In this document: positions 37,758 through 50,859 of the stretch, piece after piece | Numbering within the stretch: the stretch's first letter is position 1 | Layout: each line of letters opens with the position of its first letter | DNA from: Octopus vulgaris | Taxonomy: Eukaryota | Length of the DNA: 64,000 nucleotides | Direction of reading: 5' to 3' | NCBI GenBank assembly: GCA_951406725.2 | Contig: OX597823.1 | Location: 94,922,001 to 94,986,000, forward strand | The notes under the pieces: model-generated | The model's input: the letters and a program-made list of their open reading frames with translations, nothing else | What the model was told of the DNA's origin: nothing | Database searches by the model: none | Made by a program: the position numbers and the translations under genes

Positions 37758-38059
37758 AGTGGTTCTATTGTTCTTGCTAATTGTATTGTAGTGGGTGTTT
37801 AGCCTCAAATCAGTCTTCATAAACCGAAGATCAAAGACATTTCTTTCAAAGTTTCCAATAATCTATAATCCCATGGTTCTATTTGAAATGGATTTGCTTA
37901 TCCTCTTCATACTATTTATTATTGTTGTTGTTGTTGTTGATGGTGGTGTTTGTGTTGATGATAACCAATCCTATCTTCTCAGACAAATATCAGAGAAGTT
38001 ACCCTTGGCAGATCCTCTACAGGTTTTCTTCACCTACTTAACCCTTATGAAATTATCCT

Positions 38060-38270
38060 ATTTATATTATTATCATTACTATCATTGCTATTGTTCTTGT
38101 TGTTTTCTCTGTAGTAGTAGTAGTAGTAGTTGTTGTTATTATTATTGTGATCATTATTATTATTATCATTATTATTGTTATTATTATTATTATTGTGATC
38201 ATTATTATTATCATTATTATCATTATTATTATTATTATTATTATTATCATTATTATTATCATTATTATTA

Positions 38271-38337
<67 letters not shown>

Positions 38338-38350
38338 CATTATTATTATC
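38060..38350. repeat. (ATT)n/(ATC) microsatellite
   Basis: Read directly; abuts the Dong-like 3' end. Confidence 0.95.
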
Positions 38351-39380
38351 TTCTTCTTTCAATTTCGTTTCCATTTCTTCCTGTGTCTTCCCAACACCTA
38401 GAGCAAAGAAACTTATTGTATACATTGGTAGGCCATCAAAATAAACACATCAGATTGTTCATTTACAAAGTCATGAGACAGAAAAAAGGGGGAAGAAAGA
38501 CAGGTGAAAGAAGGGGAATAAAGAAAAAAAGTGAAAAAGAGGAAACAAAAACAATAAAAGGGGAAAAGAAAAGGAAAGAGCAACAATCTTCTTCTCAATA
38601 CTTGTGACCAATTACCAGTTAAGACAATCTTTTGCACTTCCTGCAAAGGTGGTAAGCCAGGGATTATCCACAAATCACTTTCAGTTACCTTTTTAATCAT
38701 TTCAAGTTCTCCTACAATTACTGGTATTGTAACTGTCTTGAGATGCCACATTTTTTTCAATTTCAATCTGGAAATATTTCCTGGGCTTATCAAGCTTTTT
38801 TTTTGCCGAGGTATTATGATCACAAGGTATGCTCATGTCAATCAGTGAACAGGTCTTATTGTTTTGGTCTTTCACAACAATATCTTGTTAATTAGCTTTG
38901 ATGGTCTGGTCTGTACATACTGGAAAGTCCCAAAGGACCGTTATGTTTTCTCCCTCAGTTCCAGCCTCACGATGGTGCTTTTACCATTTGTCAGCAGCTT
39001 TGATTTGATAATGCTGACATGTTAACTAGTGTGGATATTGACCAACTCTGTCATGTTTAGATTTATACTCTACTGGTGCTAAAACTTTACACCCAGAGAT
39101 AAGGTGGTCCACTGTTTAAATCGCATTGTTGCACTATTGACATTTTGGGTCTGCACCATTTTTCAATACATTGGTTTGATCGTTCCAGATCAATAAGCTC
39201 TGATCTTGAGCTGCTAAAATAAAGCCTTCGCTCTCTGCCTTTAGCTCTGTGCTCCATGGCCACTGAAGGGTGTGCTTCTGGTCTACACCAGCTTATTTAC
39301 TAAGGGCCACATATTTGCCATGCAGAGGGCTTTTTTTATCCAACTATCAACCAATTGTTCAAATGCATTTTGCTTTGCCA
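38351..39380 (-). mobile_element. R4/Dong-like LINE 3' part (CCHC + RLE), decayed
   Basis: KMWHLKTVTIPVIVGEL.MIKK...LQEVQKIVLTG; homologous to 52030-52790; 3' end joins (TAA)n. Confidence 0.8.
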
Positions 39381-39453
39381 TTGATTTCACCGTCTTTGCA
39401 ACAACAGTTGCTGCTCTTCCATCATCATCATCGTCATCGTCATTATCGTCATT

Positions 39454-39488
<35 letters not shown>

Positions 39489-39635
39489 CATCATCACCAT
39501 CATTTGGGCAGCAAGCTGGGTGATTTGTTAGCACACTTTCAATTTCTACTTCTTTCTTTTATATATATAAAATATATATACACACATATATGCGTGTGTG
39601 TATATGTATATGTATATATGTATATATGTACAGAT

Positions 39636-39686
<51 letters not shown>

Positions 39687-39919
39687 GTATATATAATATT
39701 ATATGTATATATAATATATGCACACCCATCAGTGACTCTGGAGATCAGAGCTAAAGGCAGGGAGTGAAGACTTTATCTTGGCTACTCAAGATCAGAGCTT
39801 ATTGATCTGGAACTATCAAACCAATGTATTGAAAATATATATATTATATATACACATATATAATATATATATATGTATATATATATACATATATATATAT
39901 ATGTATATATAATATATGT

Positions 39920-40225
39920 GTGGAGGCGCAATGGCCTAGTGGTTAGGGTAGCGGACTAGCGGGCGCAGGATCGCGGTTTTGATTCCCAGATCGAGCGTTG
40001 TGAGTGTTTATTGAGCGAAAACACCTAAAAGCTCCACGAGGCTCCGGCAGGAGGTGGTGATCCCTGCTGTACTCTTTCACCACTCTTTCTCCCACTCTTT
40101 CTTCTGTTGGCCTGCTCTCTTAGCCAGTGGGGTGGCGTCATTCGAAGGCTAAAACAATGCGAACGCATTGTGACCAGCGATGTGTAACAACATCTGATGG
40201 TCTGGTCGGTCACGTGATCACGTGA
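39920..40225 (+). mobile_element. tRNA-derived SINE
   Basis: A box TGGCCTAGTGG and B-box-like GGTTTTGATTCC; related copy at 50178-50337. Confidence 0.8.
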
Positions 40226-40290
40226 TAATATATGCATGTAAATATAATATATACATTTTGTTATATATTTATGTGTATGTATTATGTATG

Positions 40291-40383
<93 letters not shown>

Positions 40384-40558
40384 GTATATCGGTAGTATCA
40401 GAAAGTTCCCGGACTTGTTCTGTAGCGTGCCAACAGATGGCAGCACATGGCTGAGTGTGCAGTGAGAGCTAACTTCACTTCCCGACCGTTAAAATAATAC
40501 ATCTGTATTATACTGCCTCTCGTCGTCTTGTGTTTTGTTGTGAATTCTCCCTATACAT

Positions 40559-40641
<83 letters not shown>

Positions 40642-40832
40642 TTAAAAACACTTTGTCGTATGGTTAACACCATATAGATTTCTGGTGTATCCAAGTTAAG
40701 TACCATATTCATGTGAATTCAACAGAACTCACTTGAATCTTAATTGCTATATCTATATATATATTTATATATAATATATGTATGTAAATATAATATATAC
40801 ATTTTGTTATATATTTATGTGTATGTATTATG

Positions 40833-40906
<74 letters not shown>

Positions 40907-41076
40907 TATATCGGTAGTATCAGAAAATTCCCGGAATTGTTCTGTAGCATGCCAACAGATGGCAGCACATGGCTGAGTGTGCAGTGAGAGCTAATTGTAA
41001 CTTCACTTCCCGAGCGTTAAAATAATACATCTGTATTATACTGCCTGTCGTCGTTATGTGTTTTGTTGTGAATTCT

Positions 41077-41119
<43 letters not shown>

Positions 41120-41187
41120 TGACTAGAGAACTAACATGATATTTGAGTCAACGACTTTGTACGTAACACCACGCCTCCAAGCATTTG

Positions 41188-41234
<47 letters not shown>

Positions 41235-41256
41235 CCATGGTCTTTCAACAAACACA

Positions 41257-41292
<36 letters not shown>

Positions 41293-41370
41293 TATATATG
41301 AAATGGAAAACAAAACAATAAACTGAACAATTATAAATTCAGTTTAATTTAAATATTTAAGCATATCTAT

Positions 41371-41460
41371 TTATCTGATGAAGCATCATTACATATTTGA
41401 ACAGATTTGATTATTCTAGAAAAACTTTGTTTTATTAATGAAGCGGAAACAGCTGTAATT
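41371..41460 (+). ncRNA. Hammerhead-like motif with weak stem I
   Basis: CTGATGA AGCATCATTA..TAATGAAGCG GAA ACAGCTGT A. Confidence 0.5.
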
Positions 41461-41685
41461 CGTGAGATGTGCCATTTGTTTGGATAAAATATTTAAATTG
41501 AATTGAATTTCTAATTGTTCAAATTATTGTTTTGTTTTCCATTTGTTATTTATATTTATATATAAATTGTATCTTCATTTTTTTATTTACCTGTTGGAAT
41601 AACATTAATATTGATATAAGTAATATAAACCAATAAATTCTTCGGGTACTTAATATCCCTTAGGTGTATTTACACCTAGCTAAAC

Positions 41686-41763
<78 letters not shown>

Positions 41764-42089
41764 CTATATGTATATATGTGTGTATATATGTATATATATA
41801 AATACACACACATACTCACACACACATAAGCATATGCCTTTACAATCCTATAGTGCATTAGTATCATTTCTTGTGTCCACTTTTTTTTATCTATCTCTCT
41901 GTCTGTCTGCCGACCTGCCTGTTTGTCTGTCTGTCTAACTGTGTGTGTGTGCTCACATACATACATTCATACATACATACATACATACATACATACATAC
42001 ATACATACATACATACATACACACATACATACATACATACATACATGCATACATGCATACACACATAAGTATATACATACATACGTACA

Positions 42090-42168
42090 TCAAGATTTTA
42101 TATCCTCTGCAGATTGTCTCGGTTTCATTGGGTGAGTTTCTTCCATTAGAATTGCATCCTTTTTAGTA
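42090..42168 (-). CDS. SLC22-like transporter, putative terminal coding exon
   Basis: Long polypyrimidine tract + CAG; phase matches the previous exon; (A)TKKDAILMEETHPMKPRQSAEDIKS*. Confidence 0.65.
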
Positions 42169-42807
42169 CTGGAAGAAAGAATGAAAGAAAAAGAGGGAAG
42201 AGCCAATCAGACATTTATCAAAATAATGTTTAATAGTTGAAATATGATGATAGTGATGATGATGATGATGAGGAGGAGAACGATATTGCTGCGGCTGATG
42301 ATGCAGATGATGATGGGCAAGATGATGCATATGATGATTAAGGTTCTTATTAAATCAATGATGTCATTCTTGCGCAAACTTTCCCTACGCCTGCTGTTGC
42401 TCCTGGGAGTTAGCTAGTCTCAGCTCATATCCATCCAGATATCACTGATTCACTCATTTTCCCCTCCTCTTTTCACTCATGCAGTGTCCACCCTTCATTG
42501 CCCTACATTAAACCCCACCGGCATTGCAAGGACAGCCAACAAAAGGGGCCGAAGCAATTACATTGTGAGTAAGTGGGCGAAATGTGCTACTTTTTAATCT
42601 ATTATTTCTTGTTTCAAGCATGAGACTGTGGCCATACTAGAGCACTGTCTTGAAGAATTTTTTACAGTCTTACATATTCTGATGATGCCCTTTTGCTGAA
42701 CCACTAAGCTCTGGGACTATATACACACCAATGCTTGTTGTCAAGCAGGGGAGGGGGGACAAATTGAGACAGAAACGCATACGCACACACATAAATACAT
42801 TCATGCA

Positions 42808-42873
<66 letters not shown>

Positions 42874-43690
42874 CATACGCGTATATATATGTGTGTGTTT
42901 GTGTGGTTTGTAGATCCAATAGAGGTAGAATCAACAAAAATGTATTATATCTATATCTATCTATATGTACATACATACAACAGGCTTCATGCAGTTTCTG
43001 TCCACCAAATCAACTCATAATGCTTTGGTTGGCACGAGGCTATAATAGAAAACACTTTCTCAAGGTATCATGCAGTGGGACTGAACCTGGAATCAAGTGC
43101 TTGGGAAGCAGACTTCCTACCAGACAGCCACTTTAATTTTTCTTTTGAAATCTTGTGCCTCTAAGAATTTTGAGTCCAGAGCAACTGTCCTTTGGTCTTG
43201 CCCATGCTACAGCACTGCTAACTACAACAATTAATCTTTCTTCTCTTGGACATTGTTCTTCTGGCATTTTCTCCCAGTGGCCTTTCACTTACAACACAAC
43301 AAGAGAAATGCTAACGGCATCAGATTTACCAAAGTTGAAGAGTTCCACAATGGCTATGGGCTCAGACCCTTACCCAAACAAAAAACTGCCACCAAGTAAC
43401 CCAGATTACTTCTGACTGAGGAAACCTAGGGTCAAAAGCATTCCACCTTTAAACCATCTGCTTCGTTTTTTTACCATTGTGCCTCAATATTCAACGTGTC
43501 CTTTTTCTTTAAGGTGGCAGGGTGTAATTTCTAGCAAGTTGAATGATCGATTAAAGGCTGACATCCTGGTTCATAATGATGATGATGATGATGATGATAA
43601 TTACTATGTTGCTGATAATGATGGTTATGATGATGTTAATGCTAACAATGATGATGATTATAATGTTTATATCATGTGAGAGCCACCTAC

Positions 43691-43854
43691 GCTAACTCCA
43701 GTTCTCCAGATTTGGTCAAATCATTGAAGTTGTCCATCATTTTCCTGTTGTTTGTTTCGGGTAATAACAATGAAAATAGCCCCGCGGTTATGGAAAGTGC
43801 TCCCATAAGAACCATCGGCAATATTCGACCAACCTTGCCAGGAACCAAATCTGA
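43691..43854 (-). CDS. SLC22-like transporter exon (TM12)
   Basis: SDLVPGKVGRILPMVLMGALSITAGLFSLLLPETNNRKM; conserved LLPET; AG/GT ends. Confidence 0.9.
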
Positions 43855-44513
43855 CTGAAAGAAAAAAAAAACACAAAAAAGCAGGAAATTAAAAACATGT
43901 TTTGTTTATTTTGTTGTTATTTGACCCCAGATCATTACTGAAGAAGCACACTCATGGTCAAAGTCGTTCCCTCCATGTTCATCCAGTGCTAATTTCAGCA
44001 TATATATATATAAAACTCCTGTTTATTTAATCCAGTTAAACACTTCAGCAAATCATATATATATATATATATATATATACATCAGAAATCAATTGGTTCA
44101 GGAAACAAGATGGTAAAATGTTTTTCATTTTTCAATTCGTTCCTGTCGAATTTTATCCCTAATTTTTGTGGTCATAGAACCTAGCTGTTCTTTCTAGTGT
44201 GTTGAATTCCTATGAGTGGATTCCTTATGTGTTTAAATATACACTATATCGTATGACTAATATATAGTCTATTTGACTAAATTTTTTATACGTTAGACCA
44301 CCGGAAATGTAAATTTTAATTAATTTCCATTTTCCTTTGATATGATTAAATATTGTAAGTTTTTTGGATAATTTTCGGTTTTAAAAGTTGTCGGTTTTTT
44401 TTATTGCCGGCGAAGGACTGCGGCTGCGCAGTAGATTTTGAAAAAGTTATGACGTATAAACACAGGGCAAGTAGTTTTGCTCGTCCCGTGTGTATACGTT
44501 TAACCCTAGGTGG

Positions 44514-44587
44514 TCCTACTGAAGAAGATTGCACCTAGCGAGTTCCTTGACTCGCTAAACTAAAATCAGAAACCTGTTGGTCCAGGA
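44514..44587 (+). ncRNA. Type I hammerhead ribozyme motif in a tandem repeat
   Basis: TCCTA CTGAAGA AGATT..TAGCGAGT..ACTCGCTA..AATCA GAA ACCTGTTGGT C CAGGA; one stem I mismatch. Confidence 0.65.
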
Positions 44588-44739
44588 AACTAGATGGTAA
44601 AATGTTTTCATTTTTCAATTCGTTCCTGTCGAATTTTATCCCTAATTTTTGTGGTTATGGAACCTAGCTGTTCTTTCTAGCGTGTTGAATTCCTACAAGT
44701 GGATTCCTTATGGGTCTAAATATACACTATATCGTATGA

Positions 44740-44827
<88 letters not shown>

Positions 44828-44829
44828 CA

Positions 44830-44865
<36 letters not shown>

Positions 44866-44882
44866 CATATATATATATATAT

Positions 44883-44942
<60 letters not shown>

Positions 44943-45679
44943 GTACTAGCTGAGATACCCAGTAATACCTGGGGGCGGGGATATTCTCAGTAACAATTAC
45001 AATACCTAATTTCTCTCAGACGAAAAACGAAATCAAGACATAGGACAGATAATAGAAGGCTCAAGCAAATTCATTCAGAAAATTCATTCAGGAAACAACA
45101 ATACAAATAAATACGTGTGGAATCGGAAAATGACAACCGTTTGGTCAGATGAGTGGAAGGCTGCGAATAAATAACCAATGGAAACATCAAGAAGGGAATT
45201 GTAAGGAAGTGCTATGAAAAAACAAAGAACATAAACGTTTGAAAGTAAAAAAAATTATTTAGAGAAAAAGTACTTAATTTGACATCTGTGTTCCAATCTG
45301 TTAATGATTCTGCCAGCTCACCATCAGAAGTAGCAGCTTAATAATGACAAAGTTATTCCACTAAATTCTTCGTTATTTCAAAATTAATTAGAACAAAGGC
45401 TGTGTATTTCAGAAATGTGGTAAGAAATGGCTAAGTTATTTTACTAAATTCTTTGAAACAAATACAGTGTATTTCATCCCAAATACGGTAACAAAAGGTT
45501 TATAGCCATTGTGCCTGGTCTGATGGATAATATTTCCTTATTCGTATTTTATGTAAATCCATAGAAAGATAAGCCTAGCTCTGTCTCTTTACTAGTTGTG
45601 CTGGTTCCACGATGGATGGACTAACAAAAGGGACGAACAACAAAACAAATAGCAAGTCTGAAAGAATCTAAATACCTAC

Positions 45680-45861
45680 AAAGTTGAGAGTGTAAGGTGC
45701 CAAAGCCCCACCAACACGTGCAAAGGTTGACAAAGCCCCCAATGCACCGTTTCTTATACAAGTTGGATATAATTCCAAAGTGTATAAATACACGATTCCA
45801 AAAGATGCAGTGATAAACAAACGGCCTAATATCGAACTGGCAGTTAACATCCATCGATGGG
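45680..45861 (-). CDS. SLC22-like transporter exon (TM10-11)
   Basis: [46 protein letters not shown]; ELYPT..R signature; 182 bp, phases consistent. Confidence 0.92.
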
Positions 45862-47281
45862 CTGAAAAAGAAAAAGAGAAAAGACAGAAGTTTTTAGTAA
45901 AAGAGAGAAAAAAACCCTTTTCGGTATTTCACAGGCATGTGAACCCTTAATATAATTCTTTGAATGGCTAACTAATCTGTACATAATTTCAATAATCCAT
46001 TCTCTGGCTTCTTTAAAAGAGTTTGGATAAAATAATGGAAAGACCGGATTAAATGGAAATTGTATTATTTAATATGGAATTGGTCCATGTTTGGCATTAA
46101 TCACAGATTTAATATGTTGAGGAATTGACGTGTACAAGTCCTGGATGAAGGGAATTTTGATTCATTCTTCAAATAAAACCTTCTTTAGATCTTTCCACAA
46201 CAATGGTAGAAGGAAACAGCTTCTCGCTTGTTACACCAAAATGCATCATAAACGTTCAGTTATGTTTGGGTGGAATGATTGTAGGGGTGGTCTACTTCAT
46301 TTTTGTGGTCTTCTTACCAATTCTGAATTACAATCATGTGAATTGTCACATTACTGACCTGGAAGATTGTGCTCCCACCAGGGAACAATATTTACACCAC
46401 TGGATGGATATGACCAGCTAAAATACTCCGATAATCCTAGGCTTTAAATCTGCCATGTCGTGCCAAGAGAATTTCATATTTTGGCTACCTAAATAATCAC
46501 AGAGCCACTTTCATTATTCACAGTCGGGACTAAGCAGTCAGTGTTGAAGGCTTCTTTGCGCTGTCTCTAGATATAAACTTACCCCAAATCTATAAAATAG
46601 AGTGCATGAGGATTCATCAGAGATGACATTGCATGTGTGTATGTGTGTGTGTGTGTGTGTTTGTAACTCTCTCTTCCCTTTTCTTCACTTTTTAATTTGC
46701 TCTCCCTTTTCGCCCAACTTTCTATAAAACTCCTTTTTATTAAATCTATTTAAACGCTTCAACCAAATGTAAATTTTGTGTTATTCACTTTTCTGTCTGA
46801 AGACTTTCTAACAGGAAATCTCTGACATGTTTATCTAACATGTAAAACTTTGTAATTCCCATTCACCAACGAAACATGTGTAATGGGGAATAAATAATAC
46901 CAAGAAATGTTCCAACTTCCTGGTTTGTTATAATATAACTCTGCAAACAATATTTCCAGAATTTCCAACTCTCATTTGTACCTTGCATTAATACAACAAC
47001 AACAATAACAACAACAACAACACTAACTTCATACTGGATTGTAATAATGGAATAAGCAGATGCGATTCAAGAGGAAACAGCTGCGATTTACCCTACCTAC
47101 CTACATAATGTGTGTGCGTGTGTATGTATATATTTATTTATATATGCTTTGTTTCTATCTGTTTCGTTTTATTTATATTTTTATGCTTGGCACCTTTTAT
47201 TTTGATTTCTTTATCTGAACTGCTAAGTTACAGGGACATAAAGACACCCACACCAGTTGTCAAGCATTGGTGGCGGACAAA

Positions 47282-47320
<39 letters not shown>

Positions 47321-47371
47321 ACACACATACACACACACTTAGATAAAGACATACACGTGTGTGTGTGTATA

Positions 47372-48615
47372 CGAGGTGGTTCTGAAAGTGAAAGTGTAGA
47401 GCCCTTAACTTCACAGGGGAAGTACGACAACTATTTCGGAGAATATATGCAAAACATTTCGATGGTATACAGTATATCTTTCTCGTTTTTGCACATTTAA
47501 CTCATGGTGACAGCTCCTACGGTGGATTTTGGTAAAATTGAAGCACGGGTGGTTATGAAGTTCCTCTTTCTTCAAGGCAAAGGAGCAGTGGAAATCCATG
47601 GCAAGAGGAAAGAAATCTTGAAGGATGGCTGCTGGGTGTCAAGCTTTTAGGCTGATCCTTTCGAGGTTACGGATGAACCCCGATCAGGACGACCACCTTC
47701 CGAGGCCACAGAGGAGGACAAAGCCGACGCTGTACACGTCATGATTCTCGAGGACCGCTAGATTTCAGCTAAAGTCATTGCTGAAACTCTCGGGATTTCA
47801 CGCGAAATGTTGGCCACATCATCCACAACATTCTGGACATGAGGAAGCTTATGCGAAATGGTTGCTGAAATTCCTGAACGCAGATCAGAAGCACAAGAGA
47901 GCGTCAATATCAAAGGCGATTTTGGACCGGTTTGCAGCGAGAGAGGCTGATTTTATGGCTCGTGTAGTCACCATGGATGAAACTTAGCATCACCAATATA
48001 ATCACCAGGCCAAGCAGCAATCAATGGACTGGTGCCACATAAGTTAACTGCGTTCCGAGAAGTTTCGGAGCCAGAGGTCAGCTGGAAAGATTATGGCCTC
48101 AGTGTTCTGGGACAAAGACGGAACACTCCTTATAAAATACCAGCCAAAGTGTCGTCTATCAATACAGAATACTACATGTCTCTGTTGGACGAAATACATG
48201 AAGATTTGAAACAGAAACACCGTGAAAAGCTGAGCCGTAATATCCTGTTTTTGCAGGACAATGCACCAGCATACACAACACATGAAACTACAGAAAACAT
48301 GTGACTTTGGTTTCGAATAGGTAGTCCATTCTCCTTGCTCTTCTGGCTTAGCCCCATTCGACTAGCACCTCCTTTCCCAACTGAAGAAAATCCTCAAGGG
48401 AACAAAATTTCACTCCATTTCGGATGTGATCGCTGCTACAGACGCTTGGTTGGAAGCCCAACATTTCGATTTCTTTTTACAGGGTTTAAAAAACTGAAGG
48501 ACCGCTGCAATATGTGTGTGAATGTGAGGGGGGAATATGTTGAATAAAATTACAATTAACTGATCCTTCTGTATTTTCTTTTACCCAAAGCCAGGAACTT
48601 TTCAGCACCTCCTCA
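47372..48615 (+). mobile_element. Decayed full-length mariner transposon
   Basis: TA flanks; TIR-like CGAGGTGGTTCTGAAAGT / ACTTTTCAGCACCTCCTCA; RVVTMDET and LFLQDNAPAY motifs. Confidence 0.85.
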
Positions 48616-49059
48616 TAAAAATCCTACGTCACGACAGTTAGTTAACTATCTATAAAATATGCTTAACATGTTTAGAAAAAATATGCGTATCATATTATGT
48701 GAAAAGCAATTAATGAGTTATTTCTGATTGAAGTATTTAAATGTTTTCCTATATTTGTGAGAACATTTCATCGTAAAATTACCTTTATAATACAATGATA
48801 TTTAGAAGTAATTATATAATACCTCAAGGCAAAGATCACGTTTAAAATTACCAGTATTGTACGATGGTGCGTAACTAATAAAGGACCCCATTAAATCATA
48901 CTTGATGTTGCTATCCTTTGAATACCAAATGCATTTACTAAAATTTGTAGAATTGCATTATACTAATCCAGAAATTAGTCTACTTTACCCATGGAAATCA
49001 GATATTGGTAAGATTAGTAAATTTATTATATTTAAACATAAGCTTTGACAAAATATTAA

Positions 49060-49945
49060 ATTATCTTTGTGGTCTAATTCATTCGAAGTAATTGAGTGGT
49101 TCAATAATATTAGCGATGAAAAAAACTTACTAAATTCATTCAGTTGGATATATCAAATTACTACTCATCTATCAACCCTATACAACTTAGAAGGGCCTTA
49201 ATTGTTGGAATGAAGAATTCAGATTCATCCAGGCGTGAAATTTATATAATACTAACGGCTAGGAAAACCATAATTGAATTGGATGGAAAGTACTGAACTC
49301 GGACTAATAAACCGATTATTTCGACATTACTATGGGGTTCAGTGACTCAGCGCAAGTAACTGATTTTGGGGGTATTTACATTCTTATCTGTATTCATTTT
49401 GAATGACCTGAATCAGGGGTGGATTATATAGAAATGACGCTCTTTTCCCTATCTGTATGACTAATAAGGTTAATCTAGAAAGGTCCCTGAAAAAAACTTC
49501 TTCAATTCTTTAATCATCTCGGCCTTCTCTATCGCGAGAGAAAATCATCATACTAAGGTTAACTTCTTTTATGTTACTGTGGATGTCAGTACTCAACTAC
49601 ACCAACCGTTTCATAGACCGAATGAGTGCTTTAGGTAAGTGAGTAACACTTCTAATCATTCTAGGAGCATCATAGACTCTATTGTTAAAAATATATCAAA
49701 TCGTATTTCAAGGCTTTCTACTAATGAGGACGGATCTGCACAAAATCAAAATTACTATAACTACGCATTATCCGAAATTTGGTATAAGACAAAATTTGTT
49801 ATATCCAGAATTAATTTACTAATTAAAATTCCTGGAAATGATCGAATATTAAGTATGATGGAAATGAAAAATAAATACAACAAGCAATCTTATTTAATTA
49901 AGCTAAATAATAGCAAAAATAATGAATTGAAGATCGACATATGAT
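49060..49945 (+). mobile_element. Decayed Penelope-like RT fragment
   Basis: FIQLDISNYYSSI, FDITMG..DSAQVTD, GGLYR, SNHSRSIIDSIVKNISNRISRLS. Confidence 0.75.
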
Positions 49946-50067
49946 TAACAAGCATAGATTCAACTCCATAGATACTAAATAAATGGTTGGTATAAACATT
50001 AACAACAATAACAACAACAACAACAACAACAATAATAATAATGATGATGATGATAATAATAATAATA

Positions 50068-50123
<56 letters not shown>

Positions 50124-50341
50124 AATAATAATAATAATAAATATTATTATTATTATTGAGTGGTTTATGTCCCAACCACTGGCCCAGTGGTTAGGACAGC
50201 AGACTCGCTGTCGGTGGATCGCGGTTTCGATTCCCAGACCGGGCGTTGTGTGTGTTTATTGAGCAAAAACACCTAAAAGCTCCACGAGGCTCCGACAGGG
50301 GGTGGTGGCGACCCCTGTTGTACTCTTTCGCCCCAGCTAAT

Positions 50342-50760
50342 AGGCGCAGGAGTGGCTGTGTGGTAAGTAGCTTGCTAACCAACCACATGGTTCTGGGTTC
50401 AGTCCCACTGCGTGCAATCTTGGGCAAGTGTCTTCTGCTATAGCCCCGGGCCGACCAAAGCCTTGTGAGTGGATTTGGTAGACGGAAACTGAAAGTAGCC
50501 TGTCGTATATTTGTTTATATATATATATATGTACGTATGTATGTGTTTGTGTGTCTGTGTTTGTCCCCACAACATCGCTTGACAACAGATGCTGGTGTGT
50601 TTACATCCCCGTAACTTAGCAGTTCGGCAATAGAGACCGATATAATAAGTACTAGGCTTACAAAGAATAAGTCCTGGGGTCGATTTGCTCGACTAAAGGC
50701 GGTGCTCCAGCATGGCCACAGTCAAATGACTGAAACAAATAAAAGAGTAAAGAGTAAAGA
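50342..50760 (+). mobile_element. tRNA-derived SINE adjoining or nested in another SINE
   Basis: TGGCTGTGTGGTAAG..GGTTCAGTCCC head; related copies at about 27905-28065, 29272-29420 and 54487-54895, and inverted at 22305-22695 and 42980-43130. Confidence 0.75.
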
Positions 50761-50859
50761 GAATAATAATGATAATAATAATAATAATAATAATAATAAT
50801 TATTATTATTATTATAATAATTTTTTTTATTAATGAAAACTTAATAATAATTTAACTTT

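Noticed and set aside
37795-38607. 270 aa Tyr-rich ORF
   Set aside because: (ATT)n microsatellite plus antisense LINE UTR
39920-40000. tRNA gene
   Set aside because: The A/B boxes continue into a repeated SINE body; no acceptor stem or terminator
46797-46885. Hammerhead (CTGAAGA ... GAAACATGTGTA)
   Set aside because: Core words are present but stems I and II do not pair convincingly
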